From Euprymna scolopes (taxonomy: Eukaryota), in NCBI GenBank assembly GCA_053919585.1, contig CM132790.1: a DNA stretch of 64,000 nucleotides. The stretch is one strand, 5' to 3'. Below, piece after piece: positions 34,976 to 49,300 of the stretch (its first letter is position 1; each line of letters starts with the position of its first letter). The notes beneath the pieces are model-generated. The model searched no databases, was not told the origin of the DNA, and saw only the letters and a list, made by a program, of their open reading frames with translations. The position numbers and the translations under genes were made by a program.

Positions 34976-37101
34976 ACTCGGCTCAAAAATTCAGAAATGT
35001 AATATTATATATATATATTAAAGCTGAATTGTTTGTTTTCAATACTATTTTCTATATATACAAAAATGTTCCTCAGTTTTGTGATTGAGTTTTATGTCTT
35101 GAAGAGAAAAAAAACTTCCATTTGAATAGTTTCAATTAGTTGTAATTTGCAAGTAATCCATCTCTATCTTCTATCGGTACATCAGCCTTTTTTAGTCTTT
35201 GTTGTCCCACTCTACATGCTGTCTACTATACATACACTGCACACTCACATACCTGTTTATCAACAATGGAAATTAATAAAAAAACCAGTATTAAAATGAT
35301 TGGAATGATCCATAAACAAAAGGGAATATTATCACAGTACCAATATTATTAAACCATAGCTAGAGAGGAAGAAGATAATAGCAAGCAGAAAAACACTCAT
35401 TTTGAATTTTGTCATTCTTTGTTTTATATTTGCAAACTCACTTTTTATTAGTTCAATCTAATCAGATATATTAACACTTTGAAATATTGTTTCACGTTTT
35501 AATTATTAGAGAGCTTAGAAAGCCAAAACGATATGGCTTGTTTTTCTTTAGATTATTTACCTTCAAAATGTGAACAAGCTTTTGACCTAATAAATCTTTT
35601 TGAGTGACCATATTTTAGGTAAATAATTTATTTTGAAAAAGAAATTTTAACTTCAAAAATTTTTTTAGCAAAGCACTTCAGACAAGACATGAAGCTACTT
35701 GATGTAAGAGTTAATAGAAATGAAAGGTAATTATTGCAAAGACAGAGGATAACTATTAGCCTTAATCTTGAAATGACCAAGTTTGTAGATAAGAGAAAAT
35801 AATCAGCAGGAATAGAGTTCTCTAAATGGTAGATTTTGAAAAGAAACTTCTGAAATAAGCTGTATTACAGTATCAAAATAACTGATGCCATAATTTAAAA
35901 AAAAAAAATCTGAGACTAGCAACATTACGTCTATGAGGTAAAGATTACAGAGAAGAAGAAAGGGTATGGATGATCAAATTATGAATACATTTTGGCACCT
36001 TATCAAGAACTCTTAAACAAGACAAGAGATTCACCAGCCGAAATATAACAACAATACTCCATACATAGTCTGATAGTAGATTTGTAGAGGTAGAGAATAG
36101 TCTCGGGTGTGAGAAAATATTTACGAGAAGCAAAACGAGTAATGATTCTAGTCATTAAGAAAAATTTGATGAGAAAGCAGGATCAAGAAGTTTCAAAATG
36201 TATTGTTGAACTCTCAATCGGTTTTCTCTCTTCTCCCAAAGTTTGAAACATTTCTAAAATAGACTTGACATAAACATAAAGACGCTGTGTCCAGATTATT
36301 GCCAAATGTTTATAAAACAATCTTTTAGCAAATAGATAAGGAAACCCATTAAGTTATGAGTTATGAGTGTATCCATGTTTATAAAACAAACAAAATGACA
36401 CCAGCCATTTACAGTTTATTTCATTGTGCTTTCAATAAGTATTGAAACAGTAGACATTTTCTGAGTCTGTTATAAATATATTCTTTTATTTAAAAATTCA
36501 AATAATGTGTAGTTTCTCCTTATACTTGATTTTCAATGAAATGATCTATTTTTAAAGCTCTAACTATACACACCTATTTTAAAATCAAAAAACTTTAACT
36601 TTTATTAAACTCTTCTATTATTGAAAGATTAAATTTTTCAAAAACACTGCATTACACTAATTTTGTTTACAATATTTTTGGTTTCCAGAATACAAATTCT
36701 GTCTTTTTAGAGTTTTCTCTCGAAAATATACTTATAGAAGATCGTAACTGTCTCCATCCCTCAAAAATAGTTGTACAAACTTCAAAGTTTATATTTTTAC
36801 AATAAATCATAAAAAGAAAGAAATACTGGATTACAATAATTATAATCACTTACCTTTGTAAATATGGAATACATATAATTGCTTACACTTTTATATGTCA
36901 ATATGTAACTGTTCAAGAGTTTGTTCTATTTTTGTTTTTCTATCAAATTTATTTAAAAATGACATTAAGATTTTCAACAATATTCTTATTTAACTTAAAT
37001 AAAGCAATGCTAAAATGAAAATTAATATTAACGCAATTTTCAGTTAAATCATAATTAGTTAATATTTTTTGTTTTAAATAATAAAGTATTCAATGTAACT
37101 A

Positions 37102-37995
37102 TGAGGGTTATTCCAAAAGTAATGTTTCCTATTTTTTTAATTCTGTCAGAACAGGTCAGATGAGGGATTGCAAATTGCGTTGTAATGATGATTGAACTTG
37201 TGCATTCATGACATGAAAATTTCATCTCTGTTGCAGATATTGATGATGTGGGACTCTAAAAAAAAGCAACTCTTGTTATGAACATGCACCAGAAGTAGAT
37301 ATATATCATTGAATTCTTCCATGCAGAAAAATTGAATCAATCAACATTTACTAGCATCTGTTGAACATTTAAAATGAAGTTGATGGCAGCATAGTTAGAT
37401 GGGTTCATCGATTTTAGACAAATGTGAGAAACAAACCATGCTCTGGACGCTCATACACAACCACCATTCTAGAAAACACTGTGCACCTTAACCAATTCAT
37501 CCACTCTGACCGGCGATTAACAGTGAATGAAATGCATGTAGAGCTGAATGTTGGTGCCAATACTGGAAACAATGTTGTCATCCCTAGGATATAGAAAAAT
37601 GTGTGATAAGTGCTTTCCATGAATGCTCACACAAGACCAAAAGGACTATTGACGGGATGTCGGTCAGGGCGTGTTAAATAAGAAAAAAAATTCGAAAGTG
37701 ATGGATTCTTGGACTGCATCATCACTGGTGACAAGATGTCGTGTCACCACTACATGCCAGAGTTCAAAGAACAATCGATGGAATGTCACCACTCACGTTT
37801 TCTAGTAAAGAAGAGATTAAAGATGCAGACATCTGCAGGCAAAGTGATGAACACCATCTTCTGTGACAGGGAGAGCATCATCTTCCTGGATTTCCTAGAA
37901 CCAGAATTGACCATTAATTGATTTACATTGAAATGTTGACAAAGCTGAAGGCCTGGATTGCCCATGTTAGGCCAGAGAAAGAGGAAACCTTCCAT
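37102..37995 (+). mobile_element. 3'-truncated mariner transposon (transposase pseudogene)
   Basis: TA plus TIR tgagggttattccaaaagta; ITGDKMSCHHYMPEFKEQSMECHH...SAGKVMNTIFCDRESIIFLDFL is a mariner catalytic-domain signature. Confidence 0.9.
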
Positions 37996-38479
37996 ATGCT
38001 ATTCTAAATGCCAAAAGATGGAATCAATCCATACTCATAAATTTTGTTGTTTTTTTTTATTTTATTTCTTCATTATTCTAATTTTTATTAATATTTTTAA
38101 TTTAGGCATTAGAGGCTTCATAGCCTATTATAGTTGCAAAATAAGAGGGTTATATAATTTATAAATTCTGGTAATTCAAACTAATTAGCATATTATGGGG
38201 GATTTTCATAAGATAATAAATGGAAAATTTGATAGAACGTAAATGGGCTGTAGGTATGTTTAAAGGTCAATCTAAATATAGGTGGCTATTGTAACTGGTG
38301 ACTTGATAATAAGGCAGGAGATTGAGGAAAATACTATGTTGCTAAGGGGTAATATTTTATTAAGAGATAAAGAAAAAGTTTAGAAGGTGGGAAGTGGAGT
38401 AGCAATTGCAAAGAGTCCCAGGTGAATATTATTAATAATAATTTATAGCTTCAGATTGTTATTCTGTTGGAAAACAAAA

Positions 38480-39010
38480 TTTTGTCCAATAATACTAACA
38501 GCAGAATGAATTGCATGCATCTGCAGTATTGAATGATATTCTTTCTTTCACATTATGCCTTATGCATTATTCTACAAGGTCTTCAGCTATCTCTCCTTTA
38601 AAGCATCCCCATACCATTACAGATCCACCTTCATGAACCAATGCAATTTTCACTTATTCATTCAGAATAAATTAGTCTGAAAAAAACTTTTTGCTTTTAA
38701 ACATTTCAAATTTTGATTTATCTGTCCATAATATTTTTTTTTTTTAATCATCTAAAGTCTATTCCTTTTGCTGTCCTATCCAGTGTAGTTGTTTCAACTT
38801 ATTCTCCTTTAATAGTGGTTTCTTAACCGCTACACAGCCTTTAAGCCAGTAAAATGAAGTCGTTTCTTAACAGATACTGCATGTTGCCGAGTAGATTTAA
38901 TTTCAATTGTTAATTCTGGAATGGTTTTTCTTACTAGATATGATCAAGTGCCTATCCTTTAGAACAGATGCTACTCTGGGTCTACCAGATCTTTTTCTGT
39001 CAAAGTCGTT
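38480..39010 (-). mobile_element. Decayed Tc1 transposase fragment
   Basis: Minus strand RKRSGRPR...KDRHLI, FFSD and HEGGSVMVWGCF. Confidence 0.8.
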
Positions 39011-39049
39011 GAAGGCAATAATGCATGCTATTTTCATATGCATCATATA

Positions 39050-40200
39050 TTGATTACCACTCCCCATAAATACTACATTATATGACTTGCCCAAAACACA
39101 TAAATTGGACATCCCTATGCACCCTATAATATCTTGCATCAGTAACGCCACACACAAAATTGCACAAGCCATATACAATATCCTAAATCCACTAATGGGC
39201 ACCTCCCACATAAAAAATTTGGAGATATACTTGACAAAATAAAAAACATTAAAACAAAACTATACACAGCTCAGATTGTACAACATTATACACTAATGTC
39301 CACATTAAGAAATGTTTTATTTTACTCCATTTACATGAAAAAAAACCATTAACTTACCTTTTCCTTCCAACACCTTGTCTAAAAATTATTAGACTTAAAA
39401 CTGATATGACTTCTTTTCAATTCAATAATAATTGATACAATCAAAATTTTGGTCTTCCTATGGGTATATTCTTAGTGGAATACTAGCCTGCCTTTTCTTA
39501 GAATTCCTAGAATCTGACCCCTTTCAAGTTTAGATTACCTCCAAACACAGCAGACTACTTTAGATATATTGCCGACATTTTAATTTTTCTTCCTGAAAAC
39601 ATCGAGAATATTAAAAATAAAATCTGGATGAATTCAAATACCTTACCCAAACTTTGAAAAAATTGCAGTACCTCACATATTTTATATTAAATGCAAGGAA
39701 AAAAGTCACAAATATTTTCCAGAATCAATAAGCAAAAATCATATACACCAGACTCTTCTCTCAAAAACTAGGCATTTTCTTTTTTACCCACCCATACAAA
39801 TAATACAATAATTTGCTAAACTCTAAATAAACTATAAAGCAAACATAAAAACAACATTTCCAAAACAAACCCATATTCAATGCAGGCATATATACTGTCC
39901 CATGCCATAATTGCTATCATATATATACATATATATATGTTGGTGATACTCAACGTGGATTAGAGAAAAGACTCGATAATCATAAGGGATATAAAAAAAA
40001 TAGCAATTTCTTGAATGCATTATTCTCTCATTCATTGCAGCATGATCATTTAAAAATTTTTTTTTTCAACTTCGTTGAATTTATTTCAAATAAATCTCAA
40101 CAAAGACTTCTTGAATGAGTGCTTATCACAAACTTAAACATAATTAAACAGCATGGAGGTTGCTACAATTTATTGCCTTTAATAGGTAAACTTGTATTAA
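39050..40200 (+). mobile_element. Decayed Penelope-like element (RT remnant plus GIY-YIG endonuclease)
   Basis: AGIYTVPCHNCY...YVGDTQRGLEKRLDNHKGY...NALFSH at about 39880-40045 is a Penelope-type GIY-YIG domain; upstream RT-like fragments are weak. Confidence 0.75.
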
Positions 40201-41029
40201 AAGAATAAAATTTAACTCTTTACCACCAAATTGTATTTTCGTTACCTTTATGGCTTGTTAGCCTAACTGGTTTTCAAAGTGCAGGTCTATGCATGGTTCA
40301 GTAAGTGAATGAAGGGTTTGTTTATGTTCGTGTGTTAGTTGCATGCTAACTTCCGTCACGTCATGATTAAAAAATTTATTTATTGCATAAATAAAAATTC
40401 TGGGGGTAAAGGGTTAAATTTAGACACATGTTAACTTACTTGCACCATAAAAAATATCACCTATTTATAATTAATACATGTTAGTCAATAAATCACAGAA
40501 CAAAGATACACTCATTTCATTTCAATTACACACCCACATTTGAATTATAACGGCTATATTAAAAAAAAAAAACAAAAAAAAAACAACATAAATTGCATCA
40601 TATCATTTTAAATATCTAAACAGCTATCTGATATAAAAAAAGAACAAATTTTACTCACTTAACGCGATACACTTTTTTGAAATCCAATGACTTTTTCCTT
40701 CTGAAATAGACCAGACATCCTTTCACAAGTATATTTTTAAATATTATACTGGTATTTTATTTTCTTCAATTTGATCATCCCGAGGAAGTGTTGAAAATAA
40801 AGATGAAACGTTGATGAACTTGGTTTGTTCCTTTTTCATCTCTTCATATATGTGTGTGTGTGTGTGTGTGTGTAGGTATGAAAAATTAGTTTATGAAACG
40901 GTAAGGCAACATACTAATAAAAATAAGGACATAAACAAATTGAAGCTGCATCAAGTTATTTTGCTTGATCATATACATAATTTTATAAAATGATTTTTAT
41001 CAAACAGAACTCAACCTTTTTATATAGTG

Positions 41030-41540
41030 AAGCATGGAATATAAACGGAGAGGTGGAGTAGTTTAAAGTGGGACTATGGGAATAGATGCATTTTTTGTAT
41101 TGAATTGAGTATATGAAGAGAAAATAAGGATGGGAAGCAGTATTTGGTAAGATCTATGGGAGTGTGGATGGTAGAATAAAGGATTGAAATACAATAAAAA
41201 GTGTTGGGCGTATTTATATGTATATATGCATTTTTAGATATAAAATAATTAACTGATCAATATGAATTTTGAAACAGCTATCAGGCATAAGTAGTCCAAA
41301 TGTTGGGTATATTTAGTTTATTTTAGTGTTATTTAGTGTTTGCAATCAAAGAGGGTAAAAATGGGTTGGGAGCCCTATGAATATTCAGATTTCTCTTTGT
41401 GAAATTTTAGCAATAGGGATTAGACGTTAATTAGTAAATATTTTCTTAATTTTGGTTTGTTCGAAGTATTTTAAATGATTTTTAGGAGGGATATAAGCAC
41501 AACCTCTCATTTTGAAATTCGAATATATCAGATTTGCATG
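41030..41540 (-). mobile_element. Possible second Penelope-like fragment
   Basis: Minus-strand fragments such as FEQTKIKKIF resemble the PLE thumb/linker region; highly decayed. Confidence 0.3.
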
Positions 41541-41894
41541 AAATTTGATACATAAACACTAATAAACGTAAGATTCCTTGAATTACAATTTAAGACTCCT
41601 TAAATTTAAACATTTTCTAGAATGGAAGTCACATAATGGATTTTTATCTAAATTAGAATAAAGGTTCTAGACATAATATTGAGTATCTTTGTATCTAGAT
41701 TTTAATTTTTGTAAGGTGACATAAAAGTGGTGCCGAAATCTAATTTTACTCATGTGCAATCGATATTCTTCTAGTTATATATTATCTAGTTACGTGGTTA
41801 TCACACTATCTTTGAAGGATGCCTAGAAATCAGTTCATTCTTTAGTGTTGCAGGCAGTATAGTTATTGTCTCTCTCAACTACCCCTCCATCTCA

Positions 41895-41896
<2 letters not shown>

Positions 41897-41943
<47 letters not shown>
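41897..41943. repeat. (AC)n microsatellite
   Basis: Perfect dinucleotide run. Confidence 0.98.
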
Positions 41944-41945
<2 letters not shown>

Positions 41946-42646
41946 AGTCCATAAGGTTGCCGTCAGGTGAGGTGAGTGTGGGCAGATGTTGGGACTAGTG
42001 AAATCTTCAAAGTTCACAGTCACTTCTAGATTTTTCCAGAGGTGTGATATGGAGCAGATATGGTCTTACTGTAGTCAACCTTTCGACCCAGCACTTGACA
42101 GCAGTGGACCACAACACAATATAACTTCTGAATTGAGTCTATTATTTTTTTAAGATATGGAATGGCATGACATAGTCTTTCTTAGAAATACAACAAAACA
42201 TCATTAGTTTTAAGAATTTGGTGTTCATGATGCACGAGACATTGTTTGAACTCTAGACTTGCCTCCTGTTCTGTATATGCATTGATCCTGAGAAGAACTG
42301 ACTGTATGTTTTACCTTGTTAAGGAGTTTCTTGATTTTTGTAATCTTCGTGGTAATTAATTGGCCCTCATGACTCTTATATGAAGGGTAACCATAGTCCA
42401 TAGTCCTTGTTATCTAAGGACTTCATTCCTTTGCCTGGATATTGTCATAGCTTCTCAATGTATTCCATTTTGCTGACACAATCAGAATGGCTGCTATGAT
42501 CATTCATGTTGGCCACTGCTTCTACATTTCGGACACAATTTTCCTAAATGTAATGGAATAAAATGTATTTTTTATTTATGTCTTGAACACAATTTGTTAC
42601 GAAAGCCACAAACATACATTTTTGTTTTATCTATAAACTTGTGAAG

Positions 42647-42730
42647 CATTTTAATGAATATACATTTTAATGAATATACATTTTAATGAATATACATTTT
42701 AATGAATATACATTTTAATGAATATACATT
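42647..42730. repeat. 16-bp minisatellite, about 5 copies
   Basis: (cattttaatgaatata)x5 followed by catt. Confidence 0.97.
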
Positions 42731-44984
42731 AATATATTTATGCGTCTGAAGCATTCTATTTAATACTTTTAATCTCTGTTAGCAATTGTAATCTCAACAC
42801 AAATTTGCTCTGAGACAACTTGATATATCCATTACAGCAATTTGTTCATTAAATAAACCAGCACTGAAAACTGGCTTTTAGCTTAGTATTAATTATAAAT
42901 GTAAGAATTAAAAATAACAAATTCAAATATATTGATACAATTTGTATGTCGAAAGATTTGACATTAAAAATAATTTGGAATCTTCAATTTCATGGACAAG
43001 ACTGGGATATATGTTCCACTAGTATATCGTGTGTGCGTAATCTCTTTGTAAAGTTGGACCATTTATTGCACTGATAGTAAAATTAAAACCATAATTTCAT
43101 TAAAAAAAATCAGTTATATTGAGTGTATCCATATTCTATTGTACTTTGTATGACTAATTTACATATTGATTAGCAAAATGAAAATTCATTTCTTATTGTT
43201 TTATAATTCAATGACTTTTTGTTTTATTAATATACAGTTCTATATGTGTATTTTGAAAATACAATTTTAGATTGTGGATAGCATTTTGAGTGAAAAAACT
43301 TGGAATAATTTTTTTGAATTACAAATTGCTTGAATATTTGATTACAAATATGCACTTTAATATAGACCCTTGATGGGTCCAACTTTATAACCAAAACAGT
43401 ACAAATTTGGCATTGATTTAAGTATTGGTGCTTTTTTTTATTTTATTTTTGAAAACTGTAAATTTTTTTTATTCAGTTTTATAAATTTTATATCTATCAT
43501 CCTTCTTGATACTTTTTCTTAATATAGTAATATATACATTGAGGGATTTTCAATATCAAATTTTGACTTTCAATCTACACTTTCAACCTAAACAAGAAAT
43601 ATTGTCTTTATCTGCACTTTCTTTTTCTCTCAAAAGCATTTTGATTGACTAATCCAGTTGATTTTCTTTATGTAATAATTATTTCAGGAATAAAGGATTA
43701 ACAGAATTATATTTGTTGGACACTCATTTTGGCTATTTTAAACCAATTCTACTTTTTCCAAATGCAAACACTGTAGACATCACTACTTTTAGCATATATT
43801 TCACTTCATATAATATATACTGTATTCTATCAGTATTGAATATCATTTCTTAAATCTTTGCTTTCTCTGATTCAACAACTTATTCCGTTTTTCATGCGCA
43901 GCTGTCTTCAAGACATACATTAATTTATCAAGAATATTCATTCTGCGATTTTTGTTTTCCTATACCGATGCATTTTACTATATTTGACATGGTGCATGGT
44001 CATTCATTTCTAGTTATAGTGATTCCTATACGTGCGATAAAAAACATAATTATGCTATCTGCTGTCACTACACTTACTCAAGTCATTTTTTTCTATACTA
44101 AATAATAAACTTTAACATGTACACAAAAATAGGACTTATTACACCATCATTTAAGTTTATCAGCAATTCACACTTTTTATAATAAGCATTCATCAGCAAA
44201 TCAAACATAATTTCATAAGAATATTTAATCTACTTATTTTCTTATAAAACCAGTCAGCATTTGAAAGATGTGTTTGAAATAAAAATCCTATTAGGAAAAA
44301 TAACTGGCTTATAAAAATTATTTTACTAATTAAATTATGTCTATTAGAATGCGTTTTGGTTTATTTAAAAAAATATTTACAGAAAAATATATTGCTTATT
44401 AACTTAACTCAAGCGGAATACCTTTTGACTTTTTTAGAAAACGAGTCACCATTTTTATGAATTACTTTTGATACTGAAATCCTATTTAGAAACAATTATT
44501 TAATTGCATAAAATAATTTCTTGATTACATTTGATCCACTATAATGCATGTTGATTTTTTATCAAACACTTCAGCCATTTCGATGAGTTACATTGTGAAG
44601 TAAAATTCGTGGTTTAAAAAATGTTTTATCTACAAAAATTATCTATGTAATGAGTGATGTAAGGATGTTTGTACCTAGCCATGAAATATGCACTCATTTA
44701 AATTTCCATTTTTATTTCTATATTTAATTTTGAAAATTTTTCATTTCAATTTAAATTAAATTCACATTTTATTTATTCAAATCCAGAGTTGTTTTTTGCA
44801 CAGAAAATTTGCTTAAGTTACAAATACATTTAATCCTATAAAATAATATTTATGTTTATATTATATAGACATTATTATCATTCTCCTATATAAACACAAT
44901 CCTCTGCATATATATATATGTTGCTAAGAGAATGCTCTTAATTATGAAATAATACAAATCTGTAAATTGTCATTATCTCTCTCT

Positions 44985-45349
44985 GATATATATATAAATT
45001 GACCTTATCTGTCTGTGTGAGAAACGGTCTACCCAACTACTCTGTCAATTTTTGATTTACAGGCTTGAAACTTGGTATATAGGAAATTTGGACCTATGGG
45101 ACAAATCCAATTTGGTTTTTAGCCGGTAAAAATAGCTGAAAAAAAACTTGAACTTGGCAGGCATAAATCGACTAAATGTGTACCTTCTAAGTATGTGCAA
45201 ATATACATTTATACAATAAAGTCGGTTAATATTTATAAGTTCTGATATGCATCTGTTGTTAGTACAGATGGTTATGATTAAAGCTATATTTTGGTTTCGA
45301 TTCTAGCTGATGGCACCCAAGTCATATTCTTTTTAACTTTTGAAATCAT

Positions 45350-45386
<37 letters not shown>

Positions 45387-45564
45387 GTGCAATATAATAG
45401 ATAAAGAATTGGCTTTAAAAATACAAAATCTGCATGAATTAAAATATAATTTTTAAGTATATTTTATGGCCAGGCAATGTCGAGGGGTGGGACAATATAA
45501 TAATCAATAGAGAATTGGCTCTATAATAATAAGTTTGAAATCTGCATAAATTAAAATATACTAG
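44985..45564 (+). mobile_element. Non-autonomous Helitron remnant (same family as 49940-53034)
   Basis: Shares gcacccaagtcatat and aaatctgca...aattaaaatata blocks with 49940-50130 (reverse strand); ends in a-ctag-t. Confidence 0.55.
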
Positions 45565-45627
45565 TTATTTATAAATTTAGGAGTAAGAACAGAAGTTCTT
45601 CAGTTTTCAAGAACAAATGTTTTTGCT

Positions 45628-46380
45628 AATTTATTATAGAAAAGGAATTTTTTGTGTGTAAGTTTGTTCCCGATGGACTCAAATGGCTGGGTCAATTTTT
45701 ATGAAATTTTACATGAAGGTACCTTATGTGCCTAGCAGTGTTCGTAGATAGGTTTTATATCGGAATGTCTTCGATAAGTATCGATAATCAAATGAAAGAA
45801 GGAACAGGCAATTTTGATCACAGTTAACACCTTACACAGCCTAACCTCACATGTGCATTTGAGAGGTTTTCTGACGCATAAAATCAACAGTAGGTTCTTT
45901 AATATGATAGGGGCATGTTTGAAATGAATGTTTCTGTTTAAAGCACAATTTCACAATATTTGACTTTTTCATTTTATACTTAAATCCAAGCCATGATCAC
46001 TGCACAACCAGACATAAAATCAACAGTAGGTTCTGTGCACTCGAAATGAATGTTTCTGTTTAGAGCACAATTGATACATTATACTTGACTTTTGCATTTT
46101 AAACATTGTGAAACCATTGTATATAAAAATAATTTTATAAAATCAACAGTAGGTTCTCTACAGTGCAATGTAAACTACAATATATTTTGGACTGTCATTG
46201 CGAAAAGCATGTGAAACTTTCTCTCGGTGCACCACGATGAGTCCCCAATTAGAGAAGGCAATCAATCGATTTGATTGAAAAACGGTTGATTTCACGGATT
46301 TCGATGACAATAAAAATATGTGCGTGTAAAACATTTGTTGATCATCATTCAATAGCAGCAACGTCGAGTCACTCTTCTAA
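45628..46380 (+). mobile_element. Non-autonomous Helitron-like element with internal tandem repeat
   Basis: Helitron-like leader, three copies of ataaaatcaacagtaggttct (45878, 46014, 46136) and a decayed 3' end gcaacgtcgagtcactcttctaa|t. Confidence 0.5.
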
Positions 46381-49300
46381 TATTATATGTAAGATGATAC
46401 ATGCCTACATTTGCTCTATTTGTTAGGAAATAATAAAAAATAAATTGATTACAAATAATTGTAACTCACAATTTTGTTTATTAAATTTATCTTGTATTTT
46501 TTTGGACTTTTGTTTTAAGAAAATTGTTAAATATAGTTTTTTTTCCTTTCCTATTTGGTACAAGCAAATGCGAACTTGTATTTGGTTGGTAAGGAAATTG
46601 CTGCATCCTGCATGTATAATTAGCTGAAATAACCTAGTTAAGAGATTATCAAACTGAAAATCCAAATGTGCCGGTTTCAATAAAGGCTCTCAGCAACCAT
46701 ACCCCATCCCATATTTTTTTTAAGTGTTGAAAATCTATTATTTAATACTATCTTTACCTCCCCAGCATTATCTAAGGACTTCATTCCTTTGCCTGGATAT
46801 TGTCGTTTATATTATGCTAATTTCTAATTTCTTTAATTTCTTATCTTATATTTTTAGAAAGATAATTCAATGAAAAATTGTATGCATTAAAATAAAATCG
46901 GTTTGGTATCTTAGAAAATGTGGACATTTAAGTTGCATTTTTTTTTCTCCAATAAAATTATAAGAAACTCAGAAGTACATGTTAGTTTTATTTTAATTTT
47001 TCTTTTTCAATATGACTTGTAAAAAAAATTGTTTTTCAGTTCTAAAATTCAGTTTATACTTCAATGAAATCTGTACAAGGAATGATAAAATATCGAATGT
47101 TCATGAAAACAATCCTGACAATTTTATGCAAAAGGTTGTGTTTTAACAAGTGAAATGGTTGCATCTATTTCTAGCAAGTTCTAATTTTAGAATAGAAGCG
47201 GCTTTATTTTCCATTTTAGTCAATAGTGTCATGTCCACTGAAAGTTTAATTACTTGAGCAAAATGAAAGGTAATAACACATTGCAACACGTCAGTATTTG
47301 TGTCTCTGCATTTAAGCAGTGAGGAGTCACTGGTTGAATGACGCATGTGCGCACATACAATTGAACGGGAGGTGACACTAATTCTTAAGTTAGGCCAGAG
47401 CAACATTCCTATGAAATCACTTAATAATTGGTCACCGTATCTTCGTAAGAGAGCAGGAAACCTCACTCTCCCTGCTGTTCATAAAAAATGACGACACGCT
47501 TTTCGTGGTTTCTGCCCTTTTGACATTACATTCTAGCACGTAAAGAAAGTAATTTTTTTGAAATTTGATAGGATTTGTATGATTAAAAGTTTCGTTTTAT
47601 ACTTTTTTTTCTATCAAGTGTCTTTAATCCGGGATGAATTAATAATGCTATATTAATTTTGGAGCATTCAAATGAAGAGCAAATTATGCCAAGATGTTCA
47701 AACCAATGTTACTCTCATATGCCTGCTTAATATTGACATTATCAGTAAAAGCTATGAAAAGACGTTTTCATTATTTTAAGTTCGACATGCTTTTGTTAAT
47801 TACTTTTTTCTCATTAAACTATGAATGAATCAGTTTTGTATATTCAGTAATTAGAAATTAGATAAAACTTATAGAAACAGCAATATTTTCATCTAATTTC
47901 CAGAATACTTGTTTTTTAAAAATCCTATTTTATGTTCATATTTGAACTAGTTTTATTTTAATTTTTCTGACATTTTGCTTATTTTCTGTTATGTAGAAAA
48001 TGCTACCCTCCTCCAGGCATTCTCTTAATTGGGTATAAAAATAACTGTTGACCATTCCTCTTCCGAAAGGAGGCGGTCATTTCTGAGAGGGTATAATCTC
48101 CTGAAACACAACCTATAAATTATTATTGTAATTTTCTCAAGAACATTTTAAACAGAATTAATAAAACTAAAATGATAATGCTTTTTCTTTCAATGTCGGA
48201 TTCAAAAGAATTTAGTAAAAGTCATATAATTCTTATCTGATAATTGAGTTTATGGAACTACTTGTATTTTTTTTTATCTATCAGAACTTTAAAACATTAA
48301 TACATAAACATAGATAATTACTTTTTAAGTTGATAGCCAAATCATAATTAAACGTTTCCTTTTGCAAACTTGTTAGGTAAACACATTAAACAAATTGAGT
48401 GACTACTACATTGTTATATTCCAAATTTTTTATTTCAATCTTTTATTTATTTTTTACTTTTCAGGATGTTTGAAATAATTCTTAAATTCAAACTATGGAA
48501 CAAAGTATATAGACAATTTTCTAATGCATTTTTAGTATTGGGGGTCAATTTAAATATCAATTTCCAAAATTAAAACTGAACCTATTGATGGCAGTGTGCT
48601 TTATTTGACATCATTCATTTAGTATATAAAAGTTATAGGTCATAATATCGATGATGGTTATTCATGATTATGGTATGGAGGTGGATCATGTTTTTTGTTG
48701 ACTAATCCTTTGTTTCCTGTAATAAGTTTCAAGTAAAAAAAACAAAACAAAAACTATAAAATTGTGACAATTAGCCGCAATTTCCAAGAAATCTTTGGCT
48801 TAGTGGCATGTCCACCTATTTTCTTTTGTCTCAATGAAGACCTAGTGTTTGTGTGAGGAGGAGGGAGGGTTCTTATGTGCTGTAGAGAGGTAATTTTTTT
48901 TAAACTTTATCAGATAAACATAGGACTTGAAGGTAGCATTTATCCCAAGTTTCACTGTGCTGAATTTTTGTACGCTTAAAAAAACCTTGGACAGTAAAAT
49001 CCAGCTAGAACTGATAATTTGTCATTTTTTAAAGTATATTTTTGTACAAAATCTGATTAAAATGGCTTTCATTCAGTATGGTTTCTTTTCTTTTTTTTTT
49101 TTATTCTCTCCTCGTCCCACCCATATAAAATATACCAAGTTTTATAAAATTACAAATAATTGTGACCGAAATTAATTGATAACTATTAATTGATAATATT
49201 TCTGTGGTTTGCTTTTATGCAACTCTTGCTTCGCTATCGACTCACCATTTGGTCACCTTTACAAACTGGATACCGTTCTCGAGATTGAAAGGAGGCAAAC

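Noticed and set aside
35560-36180. Additional retroelement remnant (similar hints at 8440-8760, 12320-12800 and 28220-28500)
   Set aside because: Composition hints at decayed LINE or PLE sequence, but I could not read diagnostic motifs with confidence.
47143-47520. 107-aa ORF or enhancer with NRF1/CRE-like motifs
   Set aside because: Non-ATG ORF without homology; short motifs alone are insufficient without conservation data.
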